Positions 63,335 to 64,000 of a stretch of DNA of 64,000 nt are shown here, piece after piece. The stretch spans positions 95,418,001 through 95,482,000 of the forward strand of contig NC_091996.1 of NCBI RefSeq assembly GCF_044704955.1, written 5' to 3'. This DNA comes from Pristiophorus japonicus (lineage: Eukaryota). Within the stretch, counting starts at the first letter, position 1, and every line of letters starts with the position of its first letter. The translations under genes were made by a program, and so were the position numbers. Under the pieces are notes generated by a model. The model was not told the origin of the DNA, made no database searches, and saw nothing but the letters and a program-made list of their open reading frames with translations.

Positions 63335-63760
63335 TGAGTGGGGGAGGGGGGAGAGAGTGAGTGGGTGGGGGGGGGGGGGTGAAGAGAATAGGTAGTGGGG
63401 GAGGGAGAGAGTGATGGGGGAGGGGGAGAATGGGGGGGGGAAGAGTGGTGGGGGAGGGGGGAGAATGGGAGGGGGAAGAGTGGTATGGGAGGGGGAAGAA
63501 TGGGAGGGGGAAGAGTGGTGGGGGAGAGGGAGAGAGTGGTGGGGGAGGGGGAAGAGAGTGGTGGGGGAGTGGGAAGAGAGTGGTGGGGGAGGGGGAAGAG
63601 AGTGGTGGGGGAGGGGGAGAGAGTGGTGGGGGAGGGGGAGAGAGTGGATGAGAGGGAAAAGAGTGCATGCGGGGGGCGAGAGAGAGTGGGTGGGTGAGGG
63701 GGAGCGGAAGGGGAGAGTGGGTGGGTGAGGGGAGAGTAGTGGGGGTGGGGAGAGGGGCAG
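63335..63760. repeat. G/A-rich low-complexity repeat
   Basis: GGGGGAGGGGGAAGAGAGTGGT units. Confidence 0.9.
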
Positions 63761-64000
63761 GAAAGCCAGCGGAGATTGAACCGCTCGCCCTGGTGCCGAA
63801 CATGTGACCAAGCGGGGGGTAAATGAAGCTTCACGAGTGAGGGTGAGACTTGAAGCAAGTGGTGTGACTGAGCCCGGGAAAGGTGAGGGCACCATTGAAA
63901 GGCAGTCACACTGGCGACGTTTCACGATGAGCACAGAGGGTCATGCAGTGTCACGGGGAACGAGACTGGGTGTCTGGTCGATTTGGGACTCCGCTCTCTG

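Overview
This is eukaryotic, intron-containing, very repeat-dense vertebrate DNA. It is most likely from a cartilaginous fish (shark); that is an inference from its Deu-type SINE, CR1, RTE and Gypsy families. It is not prokaryotic and contains no CRISPR array. Host genes reconstructed by hand from splice sites: the first coding exon of an ACAP-family ArfGAP on the minus strand (22789-22853, probably ACAP1); an intact 9-exon ZP3-like egg-coat gene (30048-37834, 464 aa, with TATA and CCAAT promoter motifs); a decayed GT31 (B3GNT-like) glycosyltransferase pseudogene (~42310-45360); and an intact 5-exon ZNHIT1 (47259-54466, 155 aa). The first 13.2 kb is a fully resolvable nest of retroelements: an RTE fragment hosts Gypsy A, which hosts Gypsy B (itself hosting a CR1) and a solo LTR. 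All three LTR insertions have readable 5-bp target-site duplications (TSDs). The rest is CR1, L2, RTE, Tx1 and Harbinger fragments, SINEs and many minisatellites, most of which appear to be tandem expansions of pieces of retroposons. Two of the arrays amplify regulatory motifs on either side of ZNHIT1: a CCAAT array upstream and a Pol III B-box array downstream. There are two assembly gaps. I found no convincing new protein system. The best leads are the RTE-tailed non-autonomous element family, the motif-amplifying arrays and the atypical C-terminus of the ZP3-like protein. All coordinates and counts were read by eye.
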